DNA from: Candidatus Micrarchaeota archaeon
GTDB lineage: Archaea > Micrarchaeota > Micrarchaeia > Anstonellales > Bilamarchaeaceae
DNA length: 64,000 bases
NCBI GenBank assembly: GCA_043812915.1
Contig: JBDRLQ010000003.1
Span: 32,001 to 96,000, forward strand
Direction: 5' to 3'
Part shown: piece after piece, positions 9,408 to 19,097 of the stretch
Numbering within the stretch: the first letter of the stretch is position 1
How the letters are laid out: the number at the start of each line of letters is the position of its first letter
Notes under the pieces: generated by a model
What the model was told of the DNA's origin: nothing
The model's input: only the letters and a program-made list of their open reading frames with translations
Database searches by the model: none
Program-made: the position numbers and the translations under genes

Positions 9408-10232
9408 GAATGAGATGCTCTCCTCGTCCTCATACTCCTTAAGGAGTGCATCCTGCTCTTTCAGGAGCTTTAGGTATTCCCCCTGAAGGCTGACAAACTC
9501 TTCCTCCTCATCATCACTAAGAATCCTTATCTGCTTCTCAGCTGTCTTCAGCTGGATTTTAGGGTTGATCTCCTTTATCCTCTCAAGGTTCCTCGTGAGC
9601 TGCTCGGAAACGCTGCTGCTCACCCACACTTTCCTGTTGGAGAGCTGCAGGCTGACGTCCCCTTCCCCTTTCGCGTCGCCTGAGATGTGGCCGTCCGTTA
9701 TTCCTGCCTTCACCCCCGTCCTGCTGATGAGCTTCGCGAGCATCCTGGCCTTTTCATTCTTCCAGTCCGTGAGGCTGATTCTCTCGCTGATTCCGCCTCT
9801 CCAGAGGGCCTCGAAAAGCCTGATTTTCCGCTCTCCGTCCAGGTCGGCAACGAGGATGGAAATCTTCGCGATATTGGCCCGGTTCCCATAATTTGACTTG
9901 ATTATCTCCCCGCGCTCAGCAAGGAGCCTATAGGTGTCGCCTGTTTTGGTCTTCATGGCATTGATGATTTCATCCGTCGGAAGCTGCTTCAGCTCGCTGT
10001 TGAACTCCGCGATTTTCCTCCCGAACGGCTGGATGATGTCTACGCCGCCTTCCTTGAGCTTTTTCTCCATCGCCGAGGCGTGCTCCTTGGCCCTTTCGAG
10101 CTTTTCGTGGACCTCTTCCAGCTTTTCCCCTGTGGTGCCGCTCTTCTGCAGCAGTGTTTTACGAAATTCTAGCTCGGCCTTCTTTTTGTTCAGCTCGAGC
10201 AGAGCCACGACGTCCTTTGTTGTTATTTCCAT
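9399..10232 (-). CDS. Hypothetical coiled-coil protein
   Basis: K/E/L-rich heptad patterns at both ends. Confidence 0.65.
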   Translation of the reverse strand: MEITTKDVVALLELNKKKAELEFRKTLLQKSGTTGEKLEEVHEKLERAKEHASAMEKKLKEGGVDIIQPFGRKIAEFNSELKQLPTDEIINAMKTKTGDTYRLLAERGEIIKSNYGNRANIAKISILVADLDGERKIRLFEALWRGGISERISLTDWKNEKARMLAKLISRTGVKAGITDGHISGDAKGEGDVSLQLSNRKVWVSSSVSEQLTRNLERIKEINPKIQLKTAEKQIRILSDDEEEEFVSLQGEYLKLLKEQDALLKEYEDEESISFSG

Positions 10233-11913
10233 CCGATCGCCCTTTTGCACGCTTTTTCAAAGTGACGTATGTTAAAAGCAGAATAAATAATATAAAGATT
10301 AACAACCGGAAGAACAGCACCAGTTCATCCTGGGTCTCCTCTGCCGCCTCGCCATCCTCATCAAGCTCCGTCTCAAGCTTCATCAATGCGCTCGCGGTGT
10401 CAAGCCCCTGCGCAAGAGAAAATATCCTGTACGCGGTGGTGTTCGCCCTCTGCTGCATGAGGTAGTAGCCCTGCGCTTGGTAGACCTTTCCCCATAGGGA
10501 GCCCATCTCCGCGTTCGCCATGGTCTCCAGGCTGGCGGTAAGCTCCTCCGGCGTTAGCATGTCTGCTTCCGCGCTGGACTGATCCATCCTGATGACGAAT
10601 ACCGCATCGAAGACAGCGGCTCCGTATTTCCCCCTTTCATAGGATTTCCTGGCAATCTCCAGGCGCTCGGAAGTGTCTACGTCATGCTGTCCCCTATCGG
10701 CCTCCTCAATCATCTCTGCTGCCAGGTCCTTCCATATCCCCTGGTCCAGCAGCTTCCCGTCCGTGCCCGCTGCATCGGAGAGGCTCCAGGCCACCCTGCA
10801 CCACGCGTCGGCGTACATCAGCTCATGGTAGATTGCGTACCTCTCCTCTGTAAGCAGCGGCTCTTCGATTTCAGTGCTGTTTAGGGTATCAAGCGCCCAC
10901 CCTTCCCTCAGCTCGGAGCCGATTAGCCACTGGAAGTTCCGGTCGGTCATTTCAGGCCTGTTTATGCTATCCAGGCAGAAGTAGCTTTCATCCCTCTTCC
11001 GCTTGAGGTCAAGGTCATCATCCAGTATCGCTGATATTGTTGCCACATCAATGTAATCAAGGAACGCGCCGTTGGCGGCCGTGAAGAAATATCCTTTCTC
11101 AAGCAGCGCAGAGCTGATGAGCAGCTTGTTCTCGAAGAACCTCTTGGCCTCCGCGCTCTCGTTGCCCTCAGGCTCCATCCTCTGCAAAGTGGCGTTCAGC
11201 ATCAGAAGCATGTCCTGCGCCACTTCCCGGAAATTCTCCACGCCTGAAGTGCCATACGGCTCCACATCCGGCGGCTCGCTCTCGCCTGCCCTGAAGCCGG
11301 TCTGGTTTATCGTCCGGTTGTGGAGCATGAAGCCGAATATGTCGCTGGCGTCATAAGCCTCTATTATTGTTATCCCGTATTCCTCCTCCATATTGCCAAG
11401 GACAAGCATCTCATAGAATGTCACGGGGGGCGTGATGAAATAGCTGGCCCCGCCAAGTGCCGCGGCCTTGGCCTTCTCATGCAGCCCGCCGACCGCGCCC
11501 ACATGCCCGCCAGAGTCTATGCTCCCGGTCAGAACGGTATCCTGGCGCAGCGTAGAGTTCTCGAGCATGGAAAGCGCCATCACTGACATCGCAACGCCCG
11601 CGCTGGGCCCCTCTATATACCCGCCCATGTTCTCATTCTCGAAAGTGAGCAGGATGTCGCAGGTGCTTTCCTCCATTCCAGAGACCGCTTTGGCGAACAT
11701 CACGGCGTCCTCCACTGACTGCTGCGTGTCTGAGGCCGTCCTCGGCGAAATCGCTACGAAGACGTTCCCTTCTCCGGGAACCAGCTTCATTGTGGCATTC
11801 ACAAGCCCGCCGCCGTTTCCGATTACTGCGGGGACAAAGAGCGATGCCTGGCCCGAGCAGGAAAACGAAAGCGGAAGCAGCAACAGCAATAGCAGTAAGA
11901 AGGACGCTCTCAT
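10159..11913 (-). CDS. Exported, membrane-anchored S16 (Lon-like) serine protease
   Basis: Signal peptide, GPSAG (Ser), TGSI..G.VGAVGGLHEK (Lys), C-terminal TM helix. Confidence 0.85.
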   Translation of the reverse strand: MRASFLLLLLLLLPLSFSCSGQASLFVPAVIGNGGGLVNATMKLVPGEGNVFVAISPRTASDTQQSVEDAVMFAKAVSGMEESTCDILLTFENENMGGYIEGPSAGVAMSVMALSMLENSTLRQDTVLTGSIDSGGHVGAVGGLHEKAKAAALGGASYFITPPVTFYEMLVLGNMEEEYGITIIEAYDASDIFGFMLHNRTINQTGFRAGESEPPDVEPYGTSGVENFREVAQDMLLMLNATLQRMEPEGNESAEAKRFFENKLLISSALLEKGYFFTAANGAFLDYIDVATISAILDDDLDLKRKRDESYFCLDSINRPEMTDRNFQWLIGSELREGWALDTLNSTEIEEPLLTEERYAIYHELMYADAWCRVAWSLSDAAGTDGKLLDQGIWKDLAAEMIEEADRGQHDVDTSERLEIARKSYERGKYGAAVFDAVFVIRMDQSSAEADMLTPEELTASLETMANAEMGSLWGKVYQAQGYYLMQQRANTTAYRIFSLAQGLDTASALMKLETELDEDGEAAEETQDELVLFFRLLIFILFILLLTYVTLKKRAKGRSDGNNNKGRRGSARAEQKEGRARIS

Positions 11914-11966
11914 GCACTTTTCTTCCCATTACTCGTTTTTAAACATATACCCGGATATCCATATTC

Positions 11967-12683
11967 ATGGCAAGGACGCTTAACAGCAAGCTTGGCTCCC
12001 TAAGGAAAAAGATACGCTCAATGGACAGCGCCCTCGTCGCCCTTTCCGGCGGCGTTGACTCAGCGGTGCTGTTGCGGATTTGCAGGGAGGAATTGGGCGA
12101 GAAGGCGGTGGCGGTAACATATCTGTCAGATGATTATCCCTCTGAGGACCTGATGATGGCCAAGCGCATTGCCAGGGTGGTGGGCGTTAAGCACATCACC
12201 GTGAAAAACGATGATTCATGCGGTTCCCAGGAAGACGAATGCGGCTACGGGGACCTCAAGAAGCTGGCAAGGAAGATGCGGCTTAATGCGGTCGTGAACG
12301 GCTCCCACCAGGATGACCGCAAGGAGGAGAGCGGCCATCTCTCGGCAGCCAAGCGCGGGGGGGCGCACAGCCCGATGCTGGAGTGCGGCCTGTCAAAGGA
12401 GGAAATCCGCGCGCTGGCCAGGCAGTTCGGGCTCCCGAACGCGAAGAGGAAGTCCTCCGGAAAAGGGAAATCTGGTGCAAAGGCATCTCCAAGCGCGGAT
12501 GCCATTAATGCGTTTCTTGCGGGCCTGAAGATCAAGGTTTCAGCAGTAAAAGTCAGCCGGAATACGCTCGAGCTTTGGGCAGAGGGGAAAGAACTGAAAA
12601 AGCTCTTAGCCGCCTCGGACAAAATCAGGGGGAAAATGCGCGCTCTTGGCATCAAAAGCCTTGTTTTGAGAATAAAGGACTAG
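11967..12683 (+). CDS. LarE-like PP-loop ATPase, degenerate
   Basis: VALSGGVDS, NGSHQDD, SPMLECGLSKEEIRALARQFGLP; the CLASR-type motif is absent. Confidence 0.75.
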   Translation: MARTLNSKLGSLRKKIRSMDSALVALSGGVDSAVLLRICREELGEKAVAVTYLSDDYPSEDLMMAKRIARVVGVKHITVKNDDSCGSQEDECGYGDLKKLARKMRLNAVVNGSHQDDRKEESGHLSAAKRGGAHSPMLECGLSKEEIRALARQFGLPNAKRKSSGKGKSGAKASPSADAINAFLAGLKIKVSAVKVSRNTLELWAEGKELKKLLAASDKIRGKMRALGIKSLVLRIKD

Positions 12684-13171
12684 GAGAATGCCACTGCCAC
12701 CCATTCACCGACGAAGTTGCCCAATACTATCACCACTATCGCAATGGCAAGGTGCTCTGCAACCACATGCCAGGCGGTGACCTTTTGCTCCTTGGCGATA
12801 ACATAGCTGAATGCCGCCAGAAGCGCAAGCCCCCAGATTATTGCCACGACCATCGCTTCCTGTAGCTCGAAGAGCATCAGGGGGATTACGAAACTGAGGC
12901 CGAACACGAATTTTGTGGCGAATGTTGATGCTGTCGCTTCCCACACCTCGGCCTGGCTGTACTTGTTCTGCGCCTCCGTGGATACGTGAATTCCAAGGGA
13001 GTCCGATAGCGCGTCGGCTATCGCGATCGTGATTACTCCTCCAATTACTGCAAGCGGGGAGTGGGTCCCGGCGTTCAGACCGACCATCAGGCCGAGCGTT
13101 GTTATTATGGCCGAGGTCAGCCCGAAACTGAATCCTGTTTTTATGGAAGGCTTCAAGATAATCAACCTCAC
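12680..13171 (-). CDS. VIT1/CCC1-family membrane transporter
   Basis: FGLTSAIITTLGL, IAIADALSDSLGIHVSTE; about 5 TM helices. Confidence 0.75.
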   Translation of the reverse strand: MRLIILKPSIKTGFSFGLTSAIITTLGLMVGLNAGTHSPLAVIGGVITIAIADALSDSLGIHVSTEAQNKYSQAEVWEATASTFATKFVFGLSFVIPLMLFELQEAMVVAIIWGLALLAAFSYVIAKEQKVTAWHVVAEHLAIAIVVIVLGNFVGEWVAVAFS

Positions 13172-13740
13172 AGCTTCTTAACCGTCAGTATCCCCTTGTC
13201 CGTCCTGAAGAATTCATAGCCCTCTGAGAGGTACAGCTTCTCCATCTGGCTTCCTGCCTCCTTTATCTGGTCCACTATGCTCCCCCGGGGCAGGTCCTCG
13301 TATAAGTATGCAATCGTTTGCTTCATGCCTTTGGCCGCCGCCTCCTTCTCCCTTTCCTCAAGAAGAATCCTGCGTATCCCCCGGCCTTCATATGCGAGCA
13401 GCACCGCAGGGTCCTCCATATAAAGGGCGTTCGGGTCTCCGCCCCTGATGGTCTTGCTCTCGATATCAAGGCAGGCGGGCCAGGACAATCCGACGCCAAT
13501 AAGCATCCTGTTCACATGGGCGCCGAAGCTCATCCCGTAATCGATTATGTTCTTCACTTCTACTTCCGTGACATCGAAAGCGCATTTCCTCATGACGCGC
13601 ACGGTGTCCTCGATGTCCTCGTCTCCGAGCCTTTTTATCTCTACCTGCTCTTCGTCAAGGAGATGGAGGAATTTGGGTTTCTTGTCCTCCTCTGCCTGCT
13701 TCTCTTCCTTTTTTGTTGCGAATGTTTCCATGCCTCTCAC
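13168..13740 (-). CDS. GNAT acetyltransferase
   Basis: V..YEGRGI acetyl-CoA motif, KLYLSEGY. Confidence 0.7.
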   Translation of the reverse strand: MRGMETFATKKEEKQAEEDKKPKFLHLLDEEQVEIKRLGDEDIEDTVRVMRKCAFDVTEVEVKNIIDYGMSFGAHVNRMLIGVGLSWPACLDIESKTIRGGDPNALYMEDPAVLLAYEGRGIRRILLEEREKEAAAKGMKQTIAYLYEDLPRGSIVDQIKEAGSQMEKLYLSEGYEFFRTDKGILTVKKL

Positions 13741-14069
13741 ATGAACCTTGTGCCGCAGACCACGCAGCGCGTCAAGAATACTTCGGACTTATTCCCGCAT
13801 ATTGGACATACATAGTAGGTTTTTTTAGTCCTTTGCTCCTCGGCCTCGAAGCCGTAGAAGCATTTTGTGCACTTGGGGGCGTCCAGCTCATTGAGGTTCC
13901 CGCACCTGGGGCACTTCCTCCTGAACATGCTCTTTATGCGGACTCCGCATTTCCTGCAGCGCTCCTGGTCCAGTGTAACCATCTCGCCGCAGTTCGGGCA
14001 TTTCTGAGGCTCGCCCCTTATTTTGCGCCCTCCCTTGAGCATGTTGCCAAGCAAGTCCCCAAGACCCAT
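13737..14069 (-). CDS. Multiple zinc-ribbon (DZR) protein
   Basis: Six CxxC pairs. Confidence 0.85.
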   Translation of the reverse strand: MGLGDLLGNMLKGGRKIRGEPQKCPNCGEMVTLDQERCRKCGVRIKSMFRRKCPRCGNLNELDAPKCTKCFYGFEAEEQRTKKTYYVCPICGNKSEVFLTRCVVCGTRFM

Positions 14070-14091
14070 GCTTACACCTGATATCCGGAGG

Positions 14092-17000
14092 CTATCCCCC
14101 GATTACCATCCCTCCACCCAACACGGCGAATTCCGGAGGCTCATACGAGCAGTTGATGTCATACTGCTGCACCGGCAGGTCATAGCCGCAGAATGAGGTC
14201 TCGCCGATGCCTGAAGCGGATGAAGTCACGCCGCAGTCCTGGGCCGGGTTTCCGCTCGCCGAATAAACCACCGGCCTGTTCATAGGCGATGGCATCGATG
14301 TCTTGCCGTATGAGAAGTATACATCATCCACATTCTTGACACAGCATTTGTCAGGCCTTTCCAGGCCTGCCATCACTTCCGCGTAGAGCAGGGAATCGAT
14401 GTCCCTTGCGTTGTATTCCTTTGTCTCAATAGTCCCGTTGATGTAAGCGTAATCGCAGATGTATTTGCCGAATGTCGCGTTGCAGAGCTGGCAGTTCTCG
14501 TCAGCGCTTATCTTCACAATCGCGTCGGTCGGGCATTTCACCGAGCCCTCATCACCCGGCGCGTGGGTGCACTCCCCTCCCGCGTCGCATTCGAGCGCCT
14601 CAGGGGCTTCGCACAGGCCCAGGGAAATCTCAATCTCGGAGCATGCCACGCATTCCACGGAGTCCTGCTGCACTATGGGGGTGAAAGTGGCGTATATGGG
14701 CTGCGACCTCATCTTGTTGATTGCGCGCTCAAGCGAGCAGAATTTCTCTGTCTTTACCCCAACGCCGCTCGTGTCGTCTACAATGCCTGCGTCGCTGCCG
14801 AGCTCAACCCCATACGGAGTTCGCACTGGGCTGAATATAACCCCTATTATCCCGGCTTTAACAAGGGTGTCCTGATTGATTATCACGGTGTTGAACAGAG
14901 TCTCGAATGTCTCTTCGTTCCACGGGCCGTCGTTCGCGGCGGATGTAGCTTCAGATACGCCGAACTGCGTAATCAGGGATGGCTTTCCAGCCTGCAGAAG
15001 GGAGAGCCTGGCGAACGATGCCATGTCATCGACCATCTGCACTGCCCTCTCTGACGGATCATCGCTTGTCTGCGATGGCGGATCGGAGATTTCACCCCAA
15101 TTCGCCCCATAGTCTATGCTGACCATGTCCACAACAAGGTCTATCCTCGGGTCCGAGAATACGAGGTCAAGCAATGTGGAGAATGACTCGTTGTCACCCA
15201 CCCTCAGGCTAACCGCGGTCATGCATCTGGGGCAGGAATTCCTTATGGAATTCGCCCGCTGCATTATCTGGTTGGTATCTACCGAAGCCGGGCAGTTGGG
15301 GAAGCATGAGAGCTCGTCCACGATTACAATCATCGCGCCCTTGTTGTCAAGCAGGAACCTGCTATCGAAGTATTCATATGGAGTGCCCGGGTGGAATGGG
15401 TTCTCAAGGTTCCAGTTGGAATCATCCTTCAGGTCGATTACCGGCATAATCCCTGAGCGCATGTAAACCTCCATCCTCTCCTTCATGTAGGAGGCGTCAG
15501 GATAGGTCCTCATGGTCCCCATCTTCGCAAGCTCTCCCTGATAGATGTCAAGGTCGATGATGGTCGGGTGGAAGCACGAGACCTCACTGCCGCTGATTCC
15601 ATCAACCGTGCACATCTGCGTGAGCGTGCCCGCCTCAACGTCATTCTCCCAGGCGTCTATGTAAGTGGTATCATTGGCCAGAACGTACTGGTATGCCAGC
15701 GTGGAGAGCGTGCACGGCTTGCACCATCCGAAGGTCCTCATCATCGGAAGCCCGCTCCGCTCATCAATCATGCAATCCCCGAACATGTTGTCCCCGTCGC
15801 CGTCCATGAGCAGGGTTATCTCCCTGGACATCAGAGCCGTATATGTCCGGTCGTGCGATATATCATAGCTGAGCCGCAGCTCCGCGGGGCTTACCCCATA
15901 GTAATTGTATGGCCACTCCGGAATCGGCTCATCAAGGTAGTTCCTGGAGAGATAATAGTTCGCCGGTTCGGTCATGAACCTGATGTCCGTGTCGAAGGTA
16001 TTGCCGCTCCAGGAGCCCCTCTTGTATGCGATTACCCATGGGATTGAGCTAATTACAATGTCACCATCGAGCATCGCCGTGCCATCAGGCCATACATCGC
16101 TCTGCATCTCGAAAATCCTGTGCTCGAAATACGGCAGGAATGCCTGCATGAGGTTATGGACAGTATCCGCGCCATCATGGTAGTCGGCCGGGACTGCGGG
16201 ATTGTTCAAATCAAGGTGGACATAATCCTCCGGGTGGGCTGCGAGATTGCACGCCTCATAGAGGAACAAATCATCGAATTCCGGCTCCCTTGCAAGCGAG
16301 TAGCCGATTACCAAATCCCCATTCCAGATTACCTTCTCATAGTCGTTCTCCCCGAATGTACCGAAGAACTCCACCTGTGCCGCCGGCGGGTAATTGGGGG
16401 CAAAGTCGTAGTAGGGGCAGTAGCACTTGCCATCCCCGCTGTTCAATGTGCATCTGGGGGTGTCGCAGCTTCCGTCAACAGGGTCTTCCCTTGTATAACC
16501 GAAGTCATTCGGCATGCTGCTGAAAATAGCGTTGCCAAAGAACATGTCATTGTTCTTGTAGTATCCGGTTGTCGGGTCCCCCATGTCGCAGGCGTCACCG
16601 CAGCTTGCCCCGAACCTGGACCTGCACGCGCTGCTATATAGGCACTTTCCCGTGATGTCCATCCATTCCCAGCGCAGCTGGCAGACATGGTTTATGTTCC
16701 AGGAATAATCATCCGCGCCGCAGCTTGAGGGCCACCCTTCGCGGCAGCAGCCATACAAGTCGTCCGGCGGGTCAGCGTCATCCTCGTTGATGTCATTCAC
16801 GCCATATCCATCGAGCTCAATTTCGAATAGCCAGTTGGTTGCCTGCACGGTCGCGTACTGGATTACGACGTCCCCTCCCGGGGCGATATAGGCGTCTTTT
16901 TTCGGGAAGCAGACCACCTTCTGGTGCCCGGTGGCATCTGTCTCAAGGTTGCAGCCGCCATCCACAGAGGTCCAGGTGGAAGGGTCCCCGCTCGCCCCTG

Positions 17001-18072
17001 TTAGCATCATCCCCCTGCTGTAGAACGAGGTGTCGCAGTCCCCCGAGTAGCAGTCATAGGCCTGCGTGTCGCACTCAAAGGGCGCCCTTCCTTCCCCGCC
17101 GTAAATGTCATCGAAATATGCTGTTACCAGGGACTTCCTGTAAAAATCATCATCAATCTTCTTGAACTTGTATTCGTTCCTTATCATGGTCGGGGTGTAC
17201 TCGTAATCATCCTCTTCCAGGGCCCTGGTCCTCCAGAATTCCCTGAACTTGTAGCCCGAGACGTCCGGGTCGGTGATGTCATATATGTCCCATGGCCCTG
17301 AGATGTCCGAAGCATCAGCAAGGGTTGCGAACCCGAACCGGAATGGCGGCGGGACGTCCCCGTCATCGACAAGGCAGTCCTCCTCCATGTCAACAGTCGG
17401 CAGGAACGGCTCATTTTCAGGCCCGACATAGTTCATGTACCTATCCACCCTGAAATCGTCTTCGGTCAAAGCCGGGTTGATGTTGCAGTACTGGTCCGAA
17501 ATCGGGAAATAATAGCGGTACTGATCGAAGTCAGAGAATGCCTCGCCGATTCCGACCCTGAACGCGTTTATCAGGGAGTTGGAGTTCTTCATCGCAGTCC
17601 GCAGCCTGGTATCCATGTTCAGGAACCTGCACTGCGCCTCATAGAAGTTTAGCATGTTCTCATCGTCGGTGCCAGGAGGCACCTGCCCCTCGGCATCCTC
17701 TACGCTGGTGAACCCCGGGGCCACGCGCGGAGTGAACTTGAAATCCCCGCATACCATCGCCTTGCAGTCCGGAAAGAAGCAGCTTCCTAGCATGTCCTCG
17801 GTGCAGATGGGAATCAGCTGCATCTTGCCGCCGAAAGTGACGTTGCAGTGGCCGTCATTGCCAAGGTCCTCCCTGTCGCAGGGGCCTATGGTGTCGGAGC
17901 GGTAATCGTAAATCTCATAATCCGTCATATTATAGATCATGCAGCCATCGGAATCCGGCCCGGTGGCGTTGGATTTCAGGCAGCAGCCCACCTTCTGGAC
18001 CGGCGTCACACAGCCGGCAAGCATAAGCGCGACACACGCAATGAAAACAAATATCACGGCATTTCTCATCAA
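14092..18072 (-). CDS. 1326-aa Cys- and Asp-rich surface lipoprotein with possible glycoside-hydrolase-like TIM-barrel region
   Basis: Lipobox LAGC at residues 18-21; many Cys; GKPSLITQFG and GIIGVIF strands. Confidence 0.75.
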   Translation of the reverse strand: MMRNAVIFVFIACVALMLAGCVTPVQKVGCCLKSNATGPDSDGCMIYNMTDYEIYDYRSDTIGPCDREDLGNDGHCNVTFGGKMQLIPICTEDMLGSCFFPDCKAMVCGDFKFTPRVAPGFTSVEDAEGQVPPGTDDENMLNFYEAQCRFLNMDTRLRTAMKNSNSLINAFRVGIGEAFSDFDQYRYYFPISDQYCNINPALTEDDFRVDRYMNYVGPENEPFLPTVDMEEDCLVDDGDVPPPFRFGFATLADASDISGPWDIYDITDPDVSGYKFREFWRTRALEEDDYEYTPTMIRNEYKFKKIDDDFYRKSLVTAYFDDIYGGEGRAPFECDTQAYDCYSGDCDTSFYSRGMMLTGASGDPSTWTSVDGGCNLETDATGHQKVVCFPKKDAYIAPGGDVVIQYATVQATNWLFEIELDGYGVNDINEDDADPPDDLYGCCREGWPSSCGADDYSWNINHVCQLRWEWMDITGKCLYSSACRSRFGASCGDACDMGDPTTGYYKNNDMFFGNAIFSSMPNDFGYTREDPVDGSCDTPRCTLNSGDGKCYCPYYDFAPNYPPAAQVEFFGTFGENDYEKVIWNGDLVIGYSLAREPEFDDLFLYEACNLAAHPEDYVHLDLNNPAVPADYHDGADTVHNLMQAFLPYFEHRIFEMQSDVWPDGTAMLDGDIVISSIPWVIAYKRGSWSGNTFDTDIRFMTEPANYYLSRNYLDEPIPEWPYNYYGVSPAELRLSYDISHDRTYTALMSREITLLMDGDGDNMFGDCMIDERSGLPMMRTFGWCKPCTLSTLAYQYVLANDTTYIDAWENDVEAGTLTQMCTVDGISGSEVSCFHPTIIDLDIYQGELAKMGTMRTYPDASYMKERMEVYMRSGIMPVIDLKDDSNWNLENPFHPGTPYEYFDSRFLLDNKGAMIVIVDELSCFPNCPASVDTNQIMQRANSIRNSCPRCMTAVSLRVGDNESFSTLLDLVFSDPRIDLVVDMVSIDYGANWGEISDPPSQTSDDPSERAVQMVDDMASFARLSLLQAGKPSLITQFGVSEATSAANDGPWNEETFETLFNTVIINQDTLVKAGIIGVIFSPVRTPYGVELGSDAGIVDDTSGVGVKTEKFCSLERAINKMRSQPIYATFTPIVQQDSVECVACSEIEISLGLCEAPEALECDAGGECTHAPGDEGSVKCPTDAIVKISADENCQLCNATFGKYICDYAYINGTIETKEYNARDIDSLLYAEVMAGLERPDKCCVKNVDDVYFSYGKTSMPSPMNRPVVYSASGNPAQDCGVTSSASGIGETSFCGYDLPVQQYDINCSYEPPEFAVLGGGMVIGG

Positions 18073-19097
18073 ATCACTTTGGAAACCATTTTCATCAATT
18101 CAAAGGTGTCTCCCTGGAGGAGGGTCATCAGGTAACGGATGAACATAAGAGTGACGAACAGGGCAATCAGGGGGTGGAGCATCAGTGACACATACGATTC
18201 AGTCAGAACGTCCCTTACAGTATCCATTGTCAACAGGTTGGTGCTTCCGAATCCTGCAACCTCGAGGGAACTCACGATCGTCGCCGTGCTCGCCATTGTC
18301 GGGTAGCAGAACTTCGTGCCAGCAGGTGATGGCGGGGGCGGCTCAAGCGGGATGTGGACAAAGCCAGGGTCGAGAAGCAGGAACATTATCGGGAAGACGA
18401 AGTAGAATCCTATCGCTGTCGCTATGAACAGCGCCCCTGCCCCCCTGGTGACGTGGAACGAGCGGAGCAGGATGCCAACGGGAAGGAACACGGTCAGCAT
18501 GTTATGCTTGATATACAGTATCAGGAACGCCTGCGCATTAAGCGCGATAAGTATCACTGTCGCCAGGTTGTTCGTAATCCTGAGTGTCTCGGTATACGAG
18601 AACAGGTCCCCGTCCCAGTCGCCCTTGTAGATGGTTATCCCGAAAATCCCGAGCATTATGCTCTGGGTGTGGAAATCCGTCCACCCGTCCTTTTCGGCGA
18701 ACACCGCCTCGTGCACTTTAGAGACTTCAAGCGCCTTCTCCTGGATTCTGCAGCGGATTCCGTCCAGCGCCTCGCTCATGGCGGATTCCGAATCATCCAT
18801 CGCTATGCGGATGTTGTCATCGCCGCACTGGAGCTCCCCGCTAATCATGTCCTGGGACAATTCAAGCGCGCTGTTGATCATGATTACAAGGAAAATTGCC
18901 ATCAGGGCGGTGGCGCCGGCCTGCATGATTTCAGAGTCGGCATACCTCTCCATTTCTCTCATGGAGAACGCCTTGGCGAGCATCCTCACCAGAATGTGTA
19001 TGGTAATCACTGTCACCACCGCGAGCATCGAGAGCGGCATCCATACCGCGTCCCAGTCGCCGTAAAACGAATATGCGGAAAACAGCAATCCCATCAT
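18069..19097 (-). CDS. Polytopic membrane protein, paralog 6 of 6 (CedA/VirB6-like?)
   Basis: LPVGILLRSFHVTRGAGALFIATAIGFYFVFP shared motif. Confidence 0.75.
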   Translation of the reverse strand: MMGLLFSAYSFYGDWDAVWMPLSMLAVVTVITIHILVRMLAKAFSMREMERYADSEIMQAGATALMAIFLVIMINSALELSQDMISGELQCGDDNIRIAMDDSESAMSEALDGIRCRIQEKALEVSKVHEAVFAEKDGWTDFHTQSIMLGIFGITIYKGDWDGDLFSYTETLRITNNLATVILIALNAQAFLILYIKHNMLTVFLPVGILLRSFHVTRGAGALFIATAIGFYFVFPIMFLLLDPGFVHIPLEPPPPSPAGTKFCYPTMASTATIVSSLEVAGFGSTNLLTMDTVRDVLTESYVSLMLHPLIALFVTLMFIRYLMTLLQGDTFELMKMVSKVI

